This document shows positions 1 through 8,244 of a DNA stretch of 64,000 bases, piece by piece. Source of the stretch: Candidatus Latescibacterota bacterium. Lineage in GTDB: Bacteria > Latescibacterota > UBA2968. The position numbers and the translations under genes are program-made. Each line of letters opens with the position of its first letter. Positions within the stretch are counted from its first letter, which is position 1. The stretch is from the NCBI GenBank assembly GCA_965116885.1, contig OZ220741.1:2688001-2752000 (forward strand), given 5' to 3'. The notes under the pieces were generated by a model. That model was not told the DNA's origin and did not search any database. It was given only the letters and a program-made list of their open reading frames with translations.

Positions 1-33
1 ATTAAAATACCTCAATATCAGTTTTGTGCAATA

Positions 34-1497
34 CTATCTCGGGTCTTCGGGTAGTTGTGAGAAGTCGAATTCATTTACTTCGTCAATGTTGGGGGTGAAT
101 GGGGAGATGGCGTGGGGGATATGGCTGTGTCCACAGCTTGCGATGAGTGCTCGGGCGCGTGTTTGCCGTTCGGCTTGCTGCAAGATGTCATCGGCAGACC
201 AGCGTGCAAAGATTTTTTCGAGACCCGATTGGATTACGTCACGATACCGGGGATCATTGGATAGATCGCGGCGTTCTTCGGGGTCTTCGTCGATGTTGAA
301 CAATTGGCAGGAGTCGAATTCGGAGTAGTAGTTCAATTTCCACGGTCCCGTGCGGATCATGCACGCGGGCTGGTCTCCGAGTAAGCCGATGTATTCTGCA
401 AAGACTTCATTGGGCCAGTCCGATGGTGGATCGCCTGTGAGGAATGAGGCGAAACTTTTTCCGGAGACATCGGGCATGGGGTCTGCGCCCGCAATGTCCA
501 GAGCTGTGGGGCCGACGTCGATGAGGCTGACGATGGCATCTTCGGTGTGGTTTTCGCGAAGATGACCCGGCCATGAGCAGAGTAAGGGAATGCCGACAGA
601 GCCTTCGTAAAAGCTGCTCTTCCACCACATGCCGTGTTCATGGGCCATGTCGCCGTGGTCCGAGGTGTAGATGATGGCGGTATTTTCTGCATCGGAGGAG
701 GATTGTACGGTTTGGATAATCTGACCGATGTATCGGTCGAGTTCGGTTGTCAGACCGTAATAGGCGGCTAACCCGCGGCGGTTTTGTTCTGGGGTGATGT
801 CTTCTACGCCGCGTCGTTCGCGCCATTTTTTCATGGCTGGATGCAGGGCGTTTAAGTATTCGGGCGATTCGGGTTCGAGCGGGGGGATTTGCGCCATGTA
901 ATACTCGAAGTCTTCTCTGCCGCAGATGAGGGGATTGTGCGGGTTGATGTAGCCGACGACGAGGGCATAAGGTCTGTCGCCCTCTTGATGATCGGCGATG
1001 AATTTGCAGGCTGTTTCGGTGACGGATTTGTCAAAGTGGCGATAGCCCGTTTCGCCATAGCCGGATACTTGAACGCCGTATTTGGTCTGTCCCGTTGTGC
1101 GGTTGTATCCAGAGCCGAGAATTTCTGCGGATAGCCCGCCGCAGTCAGCGTGGATGCGTTTTTCAAAGCCGTGAAATTGGTCGGGGTTTCTAAAGTGCAT
1201 GCGACCGCATAGCACGGCTTCGTATCCCGCCGCGCCAAATGCATGGGCAAATGTGGGGGTGTCAAAAGACAGGCTGCCGCTGTTGTCATAGACGCCCACA
1301 TCGCTGGGGTACTGCGCGGACATGAAGCCCGACCGCGAAGGCGCGCAGAGGGGATAGGGACAATACGCATTGCGAAACCGGGTTCCATTGCGGGCGAGTG
1401 CGTCCAGGTTCGGCGTTTGCACAATGGGATTTCCCGCACATCCCATTACATGGGGGTTGTGCTGGTCGGAGATGATGATGATAATGTTGGGAGTCAT
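34..1497 (-). CDS. Cys-type sulfatase (choline-sulfatase-like), cytoplasmic
   Basis: N-terminal PNIIIIISDQH, CAPSR formylglycine motif, GRMH, TSDHG and WWKSSFYE motifs. Start moved from 1551 to the ATG at 1497 (MTPNII), matching sulfatase N-termini. Confidence 0.9.
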   Translation of the reverse strand: MTPNIIIIISDQHNPHVMGCAGNPIVQTPNLDALARNGTRFRNAYCPYPLCAPSRSGFMSAQYPSDVGVYDNSGSLSFDTPTFAHAFGAAGYEAVLCGRMHFRNPDQFHGFEKRIHADCGGLSAEILGSGYNRTTGQTKYGVQVSGYGETGYRHFDKSVTETACKFIADHQEGDRPYALVVGYINPHNPLICGREDFEYYMAQIPPLEPESPEYLNALHPAMKKWRERRGVEDITPEQNRRGLAAYYGLTTELDRYIGQIIQTVQSSSDAENTAIIYTSDHGDMAHEHGMWWKSSFYEGSVGIPLLCSWPGHLRENHTEDAIVSLIDVGPTALDIAGADPMPDVSGKSFASFLTGDPPSDWPNEVFAEYIGLLGDQPACMIRTGPWKLNYYSEFDSCQLFNIDEDPEERRDLSNDPRYRDVIQSGLEKIFARWSADDILQQAERQTRARALIASCGHSHIPHAISPFTPNIDEVNEFDFSQLPEDPR

Positions 1498-1635
1498 AAA
1501 ATTAAGAAGCGGTGTACAATTGCGATAGCAGTTCATTGAGCATTGATACATCTACATCCATGTAGAAGCGATCCCGGTCTCATATTATTAGATCAGAAAA
1601 TGGCCTCGCGCGTTCCAGATTGATCAATTCCGACC

Positions 1636-2343
1636 CTATTTTGTATCATTCCCGTTATACAATCCCTCGCCGCGCACGAGCAGGCGCTTGGGGTTGGGGA
1701 TGTCCATGAGTTCATCGACGCTGTGATAGCCAACCGTCATGCTCATGCGCGTGTCGTCGGTGTGGTTTTCGCCTGCGCCGTGGACGACCATGCTGTCGAT
1801 TGCGAGCATTCCACCTGCTGGCATGGGGACGGGGAGTGATTGACCGAGGACATCGCTTGCCCAGTCTGCATCGTGAATAGATGTGGAGACGCCGGGGAAG
1901 TGATGCGATCCGGGTACAATGCGGGTGCATCCATTTTCGAGGGTGGTTTCTTCGAGGTAAAAGATGATGGTGTAGATGTTGCGCGTCCACTGTCTGACAT
2001 CGCGGTGAAGATACGCGCCTTTGTTGTCCTCTGCCGTGCGCAAGGTGGCGTGGTTGTGGCGGTTGGTGAGGATTTCGATATTGGGTCCCAAAAGCGATTC
2101 GAGTGGGTCGAGCGCGTATGGATGCGTGACTGCTTCTCGAAAGATCGGCGCGCGGTCCATAAGGGCAGAGATGCGAACGGCGCGGCCATCCTTATTGCGT
2201 ACGATGGGTTCGATTGCGCGGTCAATATCGTCCATAATAGCGGTCTTCAGGTTTTCGACCATTTCTTCTGGCAAAGGGTCTGGGAGGCAGAGAAAGCCGT
2301 TGTTTCGGAAGAGCTGGATTTGTCGCATGGTGAGTGAGGACAT
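1636..2343 (-). CDS. PhyH-family Fe(II)/2-oxoglutarate dioxygenase with canonical H-x-D
   Basis: F-x-x-NGF N-terminus, LHRD, ENGCTRIVPGSH, distal VVHGAGEN and R-x-S. Confidence 0.88.
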   Translation of the reverse strand: MSSLTMRQIQLFRNNGFLCLPDPLPEEMVENLKTAIMDDIDRAIEPIVRNKDGRAVRISALMDRAPIFREAVTHPYALDPLESLLGPNIEILTNRHNHATLRTAEDNKGAYLHRDVRQWTRNIYTIIFYLEETTLENGCTRIVPGSHHFPGVSTSIHDADWASDVLGQSLPVPMPAGGMLAIDSMVVHGAGENHTDDTRMSMTVGYHSVDELMDIPNPKRLLVRGEGLYNGNDTK

Positions 2344-2346
2344 GTC

Positions 2347-3096
2347 TTACTCCTGAACGGGAAGCGTATAGGGATGGGGATGTCCCGTATAGACTTTTTC
2401 GCCGCGTACGAGAACTTTTTCCGGGTCGTCTTTGATCACGTCGTGGGCGTCGTGGGCGCGATAGGCAACCGTCATGCTGCGGCGAGAATGATCGGAATGA
2501 TTTGTGTCAGAGCCGTGATAACAGCAGTCGTTAAAGAGCAGTACGCCGCCGCGCGGCATGGGGATTGGCACTGCGCGGTAATAGTTGTCGCTGTCGTAAA
2601 AATTGTCTCTTTGTTTTTGCGGTCGGCGCGGGTTGAGAAATGGTCGGTTGTGGCTGCCGGGTACGATGCGCACACAGCCGTTTTCAACGGTTGATTCTTC
2701 GAGGTAGATCAAGCCGGTGATGAGGGTGTGGTCATAGGGTTCTTCGCCGGCGTGCCAGGGGACGGGATAAGACCCGGATGGGCGCACCATGACGTGGTTG
2801 TGTTTGTTGGTGAGTACTTCGATGTTTGGACCGATGATGCCTTCGAGGGCGTTGAGGATGATGGGGTGAGACGCGGCTTCAAAATAGACGGGGTCTCGCA
2901 AGAAAATTTTTGAGAGACGGCGAATATTTTTCGGTTCTCGCTCCACCTTTTCTTCCCAAACAATGGGTTCGCGCATGTCTGTAATTTGCCGGGAGGTGAC
3001 TTCATTTAGATGATCGACCAGATCGCCGGGCAGGGTCTCGCGGACTTTGTAAAATCCAGTGGTTTTGAAATACCAGAGGTCTTCTTCTGTGATCAT
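2347..3096 (-). CDS. PhyH-family Fe(II)/2OG enzyme with H-x-G motif (candidate halogenase)
   Basis: WHAGEE aligns without gaps to LHRDVR of the adjacent paralog. ENGCVRIVPGSH, YHGSDTN and RRS are retained. Confidence 0.85.
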   Translation of the reverse strand: MITEEDLWYFKTTGFYKVRETLPGDLVDHLNEVTSRQITDMREPIVWEEKVEREPKNIRRLSKIFLRDPVYFEAASHPIILNALEGIIGPNIEVLTNKHNHVMVRPSGSYPVPWHAGEEPYDHTLITGLIYLEESTVENGCVRIVPGSHNRPFLNPRRPQKQRDNFYDSDNYYRAVPIPMPRGGVLLFNDCCYHGSDTNHSDHSRRSMTVAYRAHDAHDVIKDDPEKVLVRGEKVYTGHPHPYTLPVQE

Positions 3097-3112
3097 GTTG
3101 AGATATCCTTTA

Positions 3113-4447
3113 TTATCGCGGGTCCATTACCCGCCCGACAAATAGGGTGGTATTGGTCGCTATGTCTCGGATGAGGAAGATGAATGGCCGATCGACTGTG
3201 ACTCTGGGGGGAAGGGATGTCACCCCTATGACCACGCCGGTAGCGGCGGCGGCTTCTGTGCCATTCTCATTGACCAGGACAAATGCTTTGTGAAACGCAT
3301 CTGAAATGGAGAGGCTTTTTGTTCCATCCATGCCGGAGAAGTCCGCTAATTGCGGGTTAAAGGCGTCTGATATTCCCATCTTCTGGAGCATTGCGCCCAG
3401 CTTGAATTGCGCTTCAAACTCGAATGAGGGCATGGTGAGTTCTATGCGCTCGCGTCTCATGTCTTTCGAAGCCTGACTGATGAGTTCGGCGTTTAGCGAC
3501 TTTTCGAACGAGTCAAAAGTGCCTTTGTCGGGGAGCAGGATGACCATGGATATTTCACTGCCATCGTAGAGCAACTCCACGGCTTGATATCCAGTGCCCC
3601 TCGCATAGCCGAATGATTCGGTCTGTCGCATCATCGGTACTTTTATGCTGCTGCCATTTAGCAAATGGAAGTCGCCTTCAGCAGTGGCTCTTTCGTCGAA
3701 GGGGTGGAGCCAGGCCGCGTTGAAGTAGATGGCGTTGGTGAGGACTAAGCGGGTCAAGTTGTCGATGGCGCCAGAGGGAATCAGGTCTTTGATTTTCTCC
3801 TCGGTCTGATGGGCGACCCAGTCGTTGATTGTGACGCGCGAGTTTTCGGGTGCTTCGGTGAAGTTTGCGATTCTCATTCCAGCGCCGTAATTTTCCGCCA
3901 GTTTGTCCAGAAAGTCCTGCAGAAAGTTATAGCCCTGTTGTCCCCAGATCGCATTGGCGATGTTCAATCGAAATCCCTTGCCATCCTGGCCGCTACTGCC
4001 TTCGCCGCGAGAAGCGAGTTGGAGATCGAGGGCGTTGAACGCAGGGTGCAACTTGTCCTGGGACAAGATGAAGTGTAGTGCGTTTGACATCTGGCGTTCG
4101 GTTTCGCCTCTGGCACCGGCATAGGTCATCGCAAGTGCCAGCGAGATGCTGTAGGGCGAGTAGAAAAGGTTTCCACTTTCTTCCTCATGCAGTTTCTGAT
4201 ACAGGTTAAAGGCGAAGTCGTTGTTCCCGCGTACCAGGTCTGATAATTCTGAATCTGTCGCCAGAGGTACGGTTATCCGCGTTTTTTCTGATCGCACTTC
4301 ATTTGATTGTGTTTCTTCTGTCGCAGGTGTCTCGTTTGGAGGGGGTGCCGTGGGTGAGGTCTCCGGTATTTTACCGCATCCGAGTAGTGAGATTGATAGT
4401 ATTATAGCAGGAAGGAAACGGTTGGTTGACTTTTGTATCATTTTCAT
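3113..4447 (-). CDS. Serpin (serine protease inhibitor), predicted lipoprotein
   Basis: Lipobox LLGC, NLFYSPYSI, LTNAIYF, hinge ENGTEAAAAT, DRPFIFLIRD, LFVGRVMDP. Confidence 0.95.
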   Translation of the reverse strand: MKMIQKSTNRFLPAIILSISLLGCGKIPETSPTAPPPNETPATEETQSNEVRSEKTRITVPLATDSELSDLVRGNNDFAFNLYQKLHEEESGNLFYSPYSISLALAMTYAGARGETERQMSNALHFILSQDKLHPAFNALDLQLASRGEGSSGQDGKGFRLNIANAIWGQQGYNFLQDFLDKLAENYGAGMRIANFTEAPENSRVTINDWVAHQTEEKIKDLIPSGAIDNLTRLVLTNAIYFNAAWLHPFDERATAEGDFHLLNGSSIKVPMMRQTESFGYARGTGYQAVELLYDGSEISMVILLPDKGTFDSFEKSLNAELISQASKDMRRERIELTMPSFEFEAQFKLGAMLQKMGISDAFNPQLADFSGMDGTKSLSISDAFHKAFVLVNENGTEAAAATGVVIGVTSLPPRVTVDRPFIFLIRDIATNTTLFVGRVMDPR

Positions 4448-4662
4448 TTCAGCCTCCTGGCCCCGGCTATTGCCTCAATGGATAGGTACAGAAAAATTAT
4501 CTCAAATTACGGTGTAAATCAAGGTTTATTGTTTGCGATGATCCGAGATGTCACATTTTTCCCAATCTGGATGCTTTCGTTTTTTCTATGAGCAACGAAG
4601 AAAATGTAGTATATTGAATTACCAGAAGTTCTTTGTTTTTCATTTTGTGAAAGGATAGTTGT

Positions 4663-6498
4663 ATGCCCAACGCGTTGCTTGTATATCCAAAGAATCCGGT
4701 GACGTTCTGGAGTTTTGATGAGGCTTTGAGGTTGGTCGGAAAGAAGTCTGCTTTTCCGCCTTTGGGGTTGTTGACGATTGCCGGTATGATGCCCGATGAC
4801 TACAGTTTGCGCGTGGTGGATGTGAATGTACATCCACTAACAGATGAAGATCTGGGTTGGGCAGATGTTGTGATTACATCGTCGATGATTATTCACTGGC
4901 ATTCCCTCGAAGAGATTATTGCCCAGTGCAATGCCGCTGGCGTGCCCGTGCTCAATGGCGGTCCGCTTCCCACGCAGTATTGCGAAGATATTGAGGGAGA
5001 TGCGGTCTTTTATCTGGGCGAGGCAGAGAATGGCTTTATGGATGTGGTCGATCAATTGGTATCTGAGCCTTACAAGGGTGGGCGAGAGTACATTGATCGG
5101 CGAGGTGAGTTTCAAAGCCTTACAACAACACCGCTTCCGCGCTGGGATCTGATCAACTTTGACGATTATACTGTGATGGTGATTCAGATTACGCGGGGGT
5201 GTCCCGAAAGTTGCACATTTTGCAATATTCCGGCGCTTTACGGCAAGATAACGCGTTTGAAAAATAGCAGCCGCGTGGTTCAGGAACTGGACGCGCTTTA
5301 CGATAGAGGCTGGCGCGGCTCGGTTATGGCGGTTGATGACAATTTTGTGGGCAATCGCGACGAGATTCGAGAAACACTGGAAGAAGAGGTGGTTCCCTGG
5401 CAAAGAGAGCGGGGGTATCCTTTCCAGCTCTTTACACAGGCCAGCATTCGCGTGAGTGATGATCCCGCGTTGTTAGAGGCGATGCACCTCGCCGGATTTG
5501 ATAAAATTTTTGCGGGCATTGAATCGCCAGTGGAAGAGAGCCTGAAGTTTATGGGCGCGCAAAAGAATTTGCAGGGCGATACGCCTTTGTTGGACAAGGT
5601 TAAGATTCTGCAAGAATACGGCATGGAAGTTCAGGCTGGTTTTATTATGGGATTGGATACAGATCCCGATGATATTGCCGATCGCATGATTGCGTTTATC
5701 AGGGAAGCGGGTATTCCAGTGGCTATGGTGGGGGTTTTGGGTGTGCTGCGCGATACACCCGATTACAAGCGCTACAAGCGGTTGGGGCGCCTGCGTGAAG
5801 ACGTAAAATATACGGGCGATTCGGGTATTTTTAGTCGGCAGTTGAGTTATGAGCCCCTCATTGATCCCGACGAATTGCTGGCGCGCCATCGCAAGGTTCT
5901 CGAAACGCTGAATAGTCCAGAGATTTTCTTTGAACGCTGCCGCACGCACTATGCACATCGCGCGCGCAGGGCAATTCCGTCAATGCCAATTGGTTGGACG
6001 GAACTCAGGGCGGGATTACGCTCTTTTTGGCACCAGGGTGTGGTCGGGTATTATCGGTGGACATTCTGGAAGTTTATGGCCCATATGCTCCTGCATCATC
6101 CCCGCGATTTTGGGGATGCCATACGCATGTCCATTCATGGTCGCCATTTGATTCTCACCACGCGCGACGCCCTGCAGGTCGATGAGGTACAGACCTTTTT
6201 GGATGAGGCTCTGGATCACCTGAAGCGATTTAGCGAGGGATATAAAGAGGTGAGTGTCGGTGATTATGCGAGCAAGTTGATGCACGCTTTGCACGGGCGG
6301 ATTGATCATTTTCAGGATGATTATCGCACCTTGCAACACAACGCCGAGGTGATGTTGAAGGCGGCTCAGGAATACTGCGAGTTGATCCGCGAAGAATTTC
6401 GCCACCAGGTTGCCGAACCTCTCGAGCGTTTTCAACAAGAGATCGAAGCAATCCTCGAATCATATCCCGGACAAAATAGTTTACAACCTGCGCGGTAG
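4663..6498 (+). CDS. B12-binding radical SAM protein (DUF4070-type, HpnP-related family)
   Basis: PPLGLLTIA and GGP cobalamin-domain motifs, RGCPESCTFC (CxxxCxxC), VDDNFVGN, GLDTD. Confidence 0.88.
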   Translation: MPNALLVYPKNPVTFWSFDEALRLVGKKSAFPPLGLLTIAGMMPDDYSLRVVDVNVHPLTDEDLGWADVVITSSMIIHWHSLEEIIAQCNAAGVPVLNGGPLPTQYCEDIEGDAVFYLGEAENGFMDVVDQLVSEPYKGGREYIDRRGEFQSLTTTPLPRWDLINFDDYTVMVIQITRGCPESCTFCNIPALYGKITRLKNSSRVVQELDALYDRGWRGSVMAVDDNFVGNRDEIRETLEEEVVPWQRERGYPFQLFTQASIRVSDDPALLEAMHLAGFDKIFAGIESPVEESLKFMGAQKNLQGDTPLLDKVKILQEYGMEVQAGFIMGLDTDPDDIADRMIAFIREAGIPVAMVGVLGVLRDTPDYKRYKRLGRLREDVKYTGDSGIFSRQLSYEPLIDPDELLARHRKVLETLNSPEIFFERCRTHYAHRARRAIPSMPIGWTELRAGLRSFWHQGVVGYYRWTFWKFMAHMLLHHPRDFGDAIRMSIHGRHLILTTRDALQVDEVQTFLDEALDHLKRFSEGYKEVSVGDYASKLMHALHGRIDHFQDDYRTLQHNAEVMLKAAQEYCELIREEFRHQVAEPLERFQQEIEAILESYPGQNSLQPAR

Positions 6499-6519
6499 GG
6501 ACGCGCTGCGATATAAAAC

Positions 6520-6560
6520 AAAAGCCCGGTATCACAAAAAGATATCGGGCTTTTATTTTT
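6520..6560 (+). terminator. Hairpin with T-tract after the radical SAM gene
   Basis: AAAAGCCCGGTATC...GATATCGGGCTTTT followed by a T-rich run. Confidence 0.6.
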
Positions 6561-6561
6561 T

Positions 6562-6600
6562 AACCACAAAGCCGGAGACACTGTCTTCGGCTTTGTGGTT
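6562..6600. terminator. Long hairpin directly after the trxA stop, between convergent genes
   Basis: AACCACAAAGCCGGAGAC-ACT-GTCTTCGGCTTTGTGGTT. Confidence 0.6.
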
Positions 6601-6927
6601 TTAAGCGAGCACAGCTTTGAGTTTGTCTTCTATCGCGCTTTTGGGGACAGCGCCGATAAGCTGATCTGCCTGTTTGCCGTCTTTAAATATGAGCAATGTG
6701 GGGATGCTGCGAATGCCAAATCCCTGTGCTGTCTGCTGGGCGTGATCCACATCGACTTTGCAGATTTTAACGCGGCCGTCGTATTCACGAGCGAGTTCTT
6801 CAATGCTGGGGGCAATCATCCGGCACGGACCGCACCACGTTGCCCAGAAATCCACAAGTACCGGAAGATCGGAATCGACAACTTCTGTCTGGAAATTTTC
6901 ATCTGTAACATTTAATGGGCTTCCCAC
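6601..6927 (-). CDS. trxA: Thioredoxin
   Basis: VLVDFWATWCGPCRMIAP, SIPTL, 108 aa. AGGAG SD before the GTG start. Confidence 0.95.
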   Translation of the reverse strand: MGSPLNVTDENFQTEVVDSDLPVLVDFWATWCGPCRMIAPSIEELAREYDGRVKICKVDVDHAQQTAQGFGIRSIPTLLIFKDGKQADQLIGAVPKSAIEDKLKAVLA

Positions 6928-6973
6928 TTTGAGGCTCCTTTCAGGTTGGGTTTTGTTCTGATTAGAATGTGCT

Positions 6974-7002
6974 AAACTACCAGATTTTTATGGGGTTGTC
7001 AA
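6974..7002 (-). promoter_or_regulatory. Putative sigma-70 promoter for trxA
   Basis: Minus strand TTGACA-17 nt-TAGTTT with TG upstream of the -10. Overlaps the holA stop. Confidence 0.55.
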
Positions 7003-8024
7003 GGGGCTGCACGACAGATTCGGTAGGCCAGGTGCGCGAGAATTTCGTGTGGTGTACCGCCGCTGGACTTGAGGCGATTGTCTGCATCGAGAAGGGCATC
7101 ATGGGCATTCCAGAGTGCTCGTTCGTCAAATAAACGGGCCTGATTGAGGTAGTTGTTTAGAAAAAAAGGGGGTACTTTGAGGCGTGAAGCCATTGCATTT
7201 CTGGGCAGGCGTTGGCCCGATATCCATCGCGCGCGCCGCAGAATCCCAAAGTGACGGACGAGCAGTGCGATCGTGCCGGCGGGGTGTTCTCCCTGCTCGC
7301 GGAGCCGTCCAATAAGGATCTGCGCCTTGTCCAACTGCCGGTGTCCGAGTGCGTCGGCGAGTTCAAAAACCGTAACTCCCCGCGTGTTGTCGATTACCTG
7401 AGCGACGTCCTCGCGCGAGATTGAATTGGATTTGGTCGTGATAAAGAGTTTTTCGATTTCGCCGTCCAGTTCACGCAGATTTGACCCAATGCTCATGTGG
7501 AGCAGGTGAGCCGCGTCGGGCGCGATTTGCCTACCCCGAGTTTTGACATGTGTTTGGATCCAGGCTGGAATTTCGTTGTCGTAGGGTGGGCGAAATTCGA
7601 TTGTAATTGCGCGTTTTCTAAGTTCGGCAAATAGTTTTTTGCGCCCATCGGGTTTGGTGGCTGTGATGATTATGGTCGTTGTTTCGGGTGGGGTTTCGAT
7701 GAGGGACAAGAGTTCGGGGGAGGCTGAATCGGGTAAGCGGTCGGCGTTTTTGAGGACAATCAGGCGGCGTTGCGCCATCATTGGAAAGGTGAGTGCTTGT
7801 GAAACAACCTGTGAAATATCGATGTCTTCGGCGCGATAGATGTCGAGGTTGAAGGCGCGCGCTGCGGGTTCAATGAGGGTTTCAACGAGGGCGTTGAGAA
7901 GCTGATCGCGCTGAAAGTCTTCTTCCCCGTAGAAGTAGTAGAGGGATGAGATTTCGCCTTTTTTTACGGCATCGAGAACCTGATCTGGCGACGGGCCAGT
8001 TTTGCGAGGGCGTCGAGTAGCCAT
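6999..8024 (-). CDS. holA: DNA polymerase III delta subunit
   Basis: YYFYGEEDF, FNLD, FPMMAQRRLIVL, EIEKL, VFELADAL, DNRLKSS. Confidence 0.92.
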   Translation of the reverse strand: MATRRPRKTGPSPDQVLDAVKKGEISSLYYFYGEEDFQRDQLLNALVETLIEPAARAFNLDIYRAEDIDISQVVSQALTFPMMAQRRLIVLKNADRLPDSASPELLSLIETPPETTTIIITATKPDGRKKLFAELRKRAITIEFRPPYDNEIPAWIQTHVKTRGRQIAPDAAHLLHMSIGSNLRELDGEIEKLFITTKSNSISREDVAQVIDNTRGVTVFELADALGHRQLDKAQILIGRLREQGEHPAGTIALLVRHFGILRRARWISGQRLPRNAMASRLKVPPFFLNNYLNQARLFDERALWNAHDALLDADNRLKSSGGTPHEILAHLAYRICRAAP

Positions 8025-8042
8025 CTGTGTTATCCGAGGAGT

Positions 8043-8216
8043 CTAAAGGTCTTTGAAGTCCGCGTCTTGAATTTGTGTATCGTCAATATCGCGCAGGGGT
8101 TTTTCCTTTGATGATGTACGCGTGGTCGAGCGCATTAGTATGGCGAGAAACAAGCGGCCGACAAAACGAAAAAACAGGACGAGGACAAGGACGATGAGAA
8201 ATATACGAAGCAACAT
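8043..8216 (-). CDS. Small single-TM protein (57 aa), absent from the ORF track
   Basis: MLLRIFLIVLVLVLFFRFVGRLFLAILMRSTTRTSSKEKPLRDIDDTQIQDADFKDL. GGAG SD upstream. Fills the gap between the RND gene and holA. Confidence 0.7.
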   Translation of the reverse strand: MLLRIFLIVLVLVLFFRFVGRLFLAILMRSTTRTSSKEKPLRDIDDTQIQDADFKDL

Positions 8217-8244
8217 GAGTGTCTCCGTGCCTTATAACGATGGC

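Noticed and set aside
4530..4560. Possible CRP/FNR site (TCACA half-site) between serpin and radical SAM genes
   Set aside because: No matching half-site at the required 6-nt spacing.
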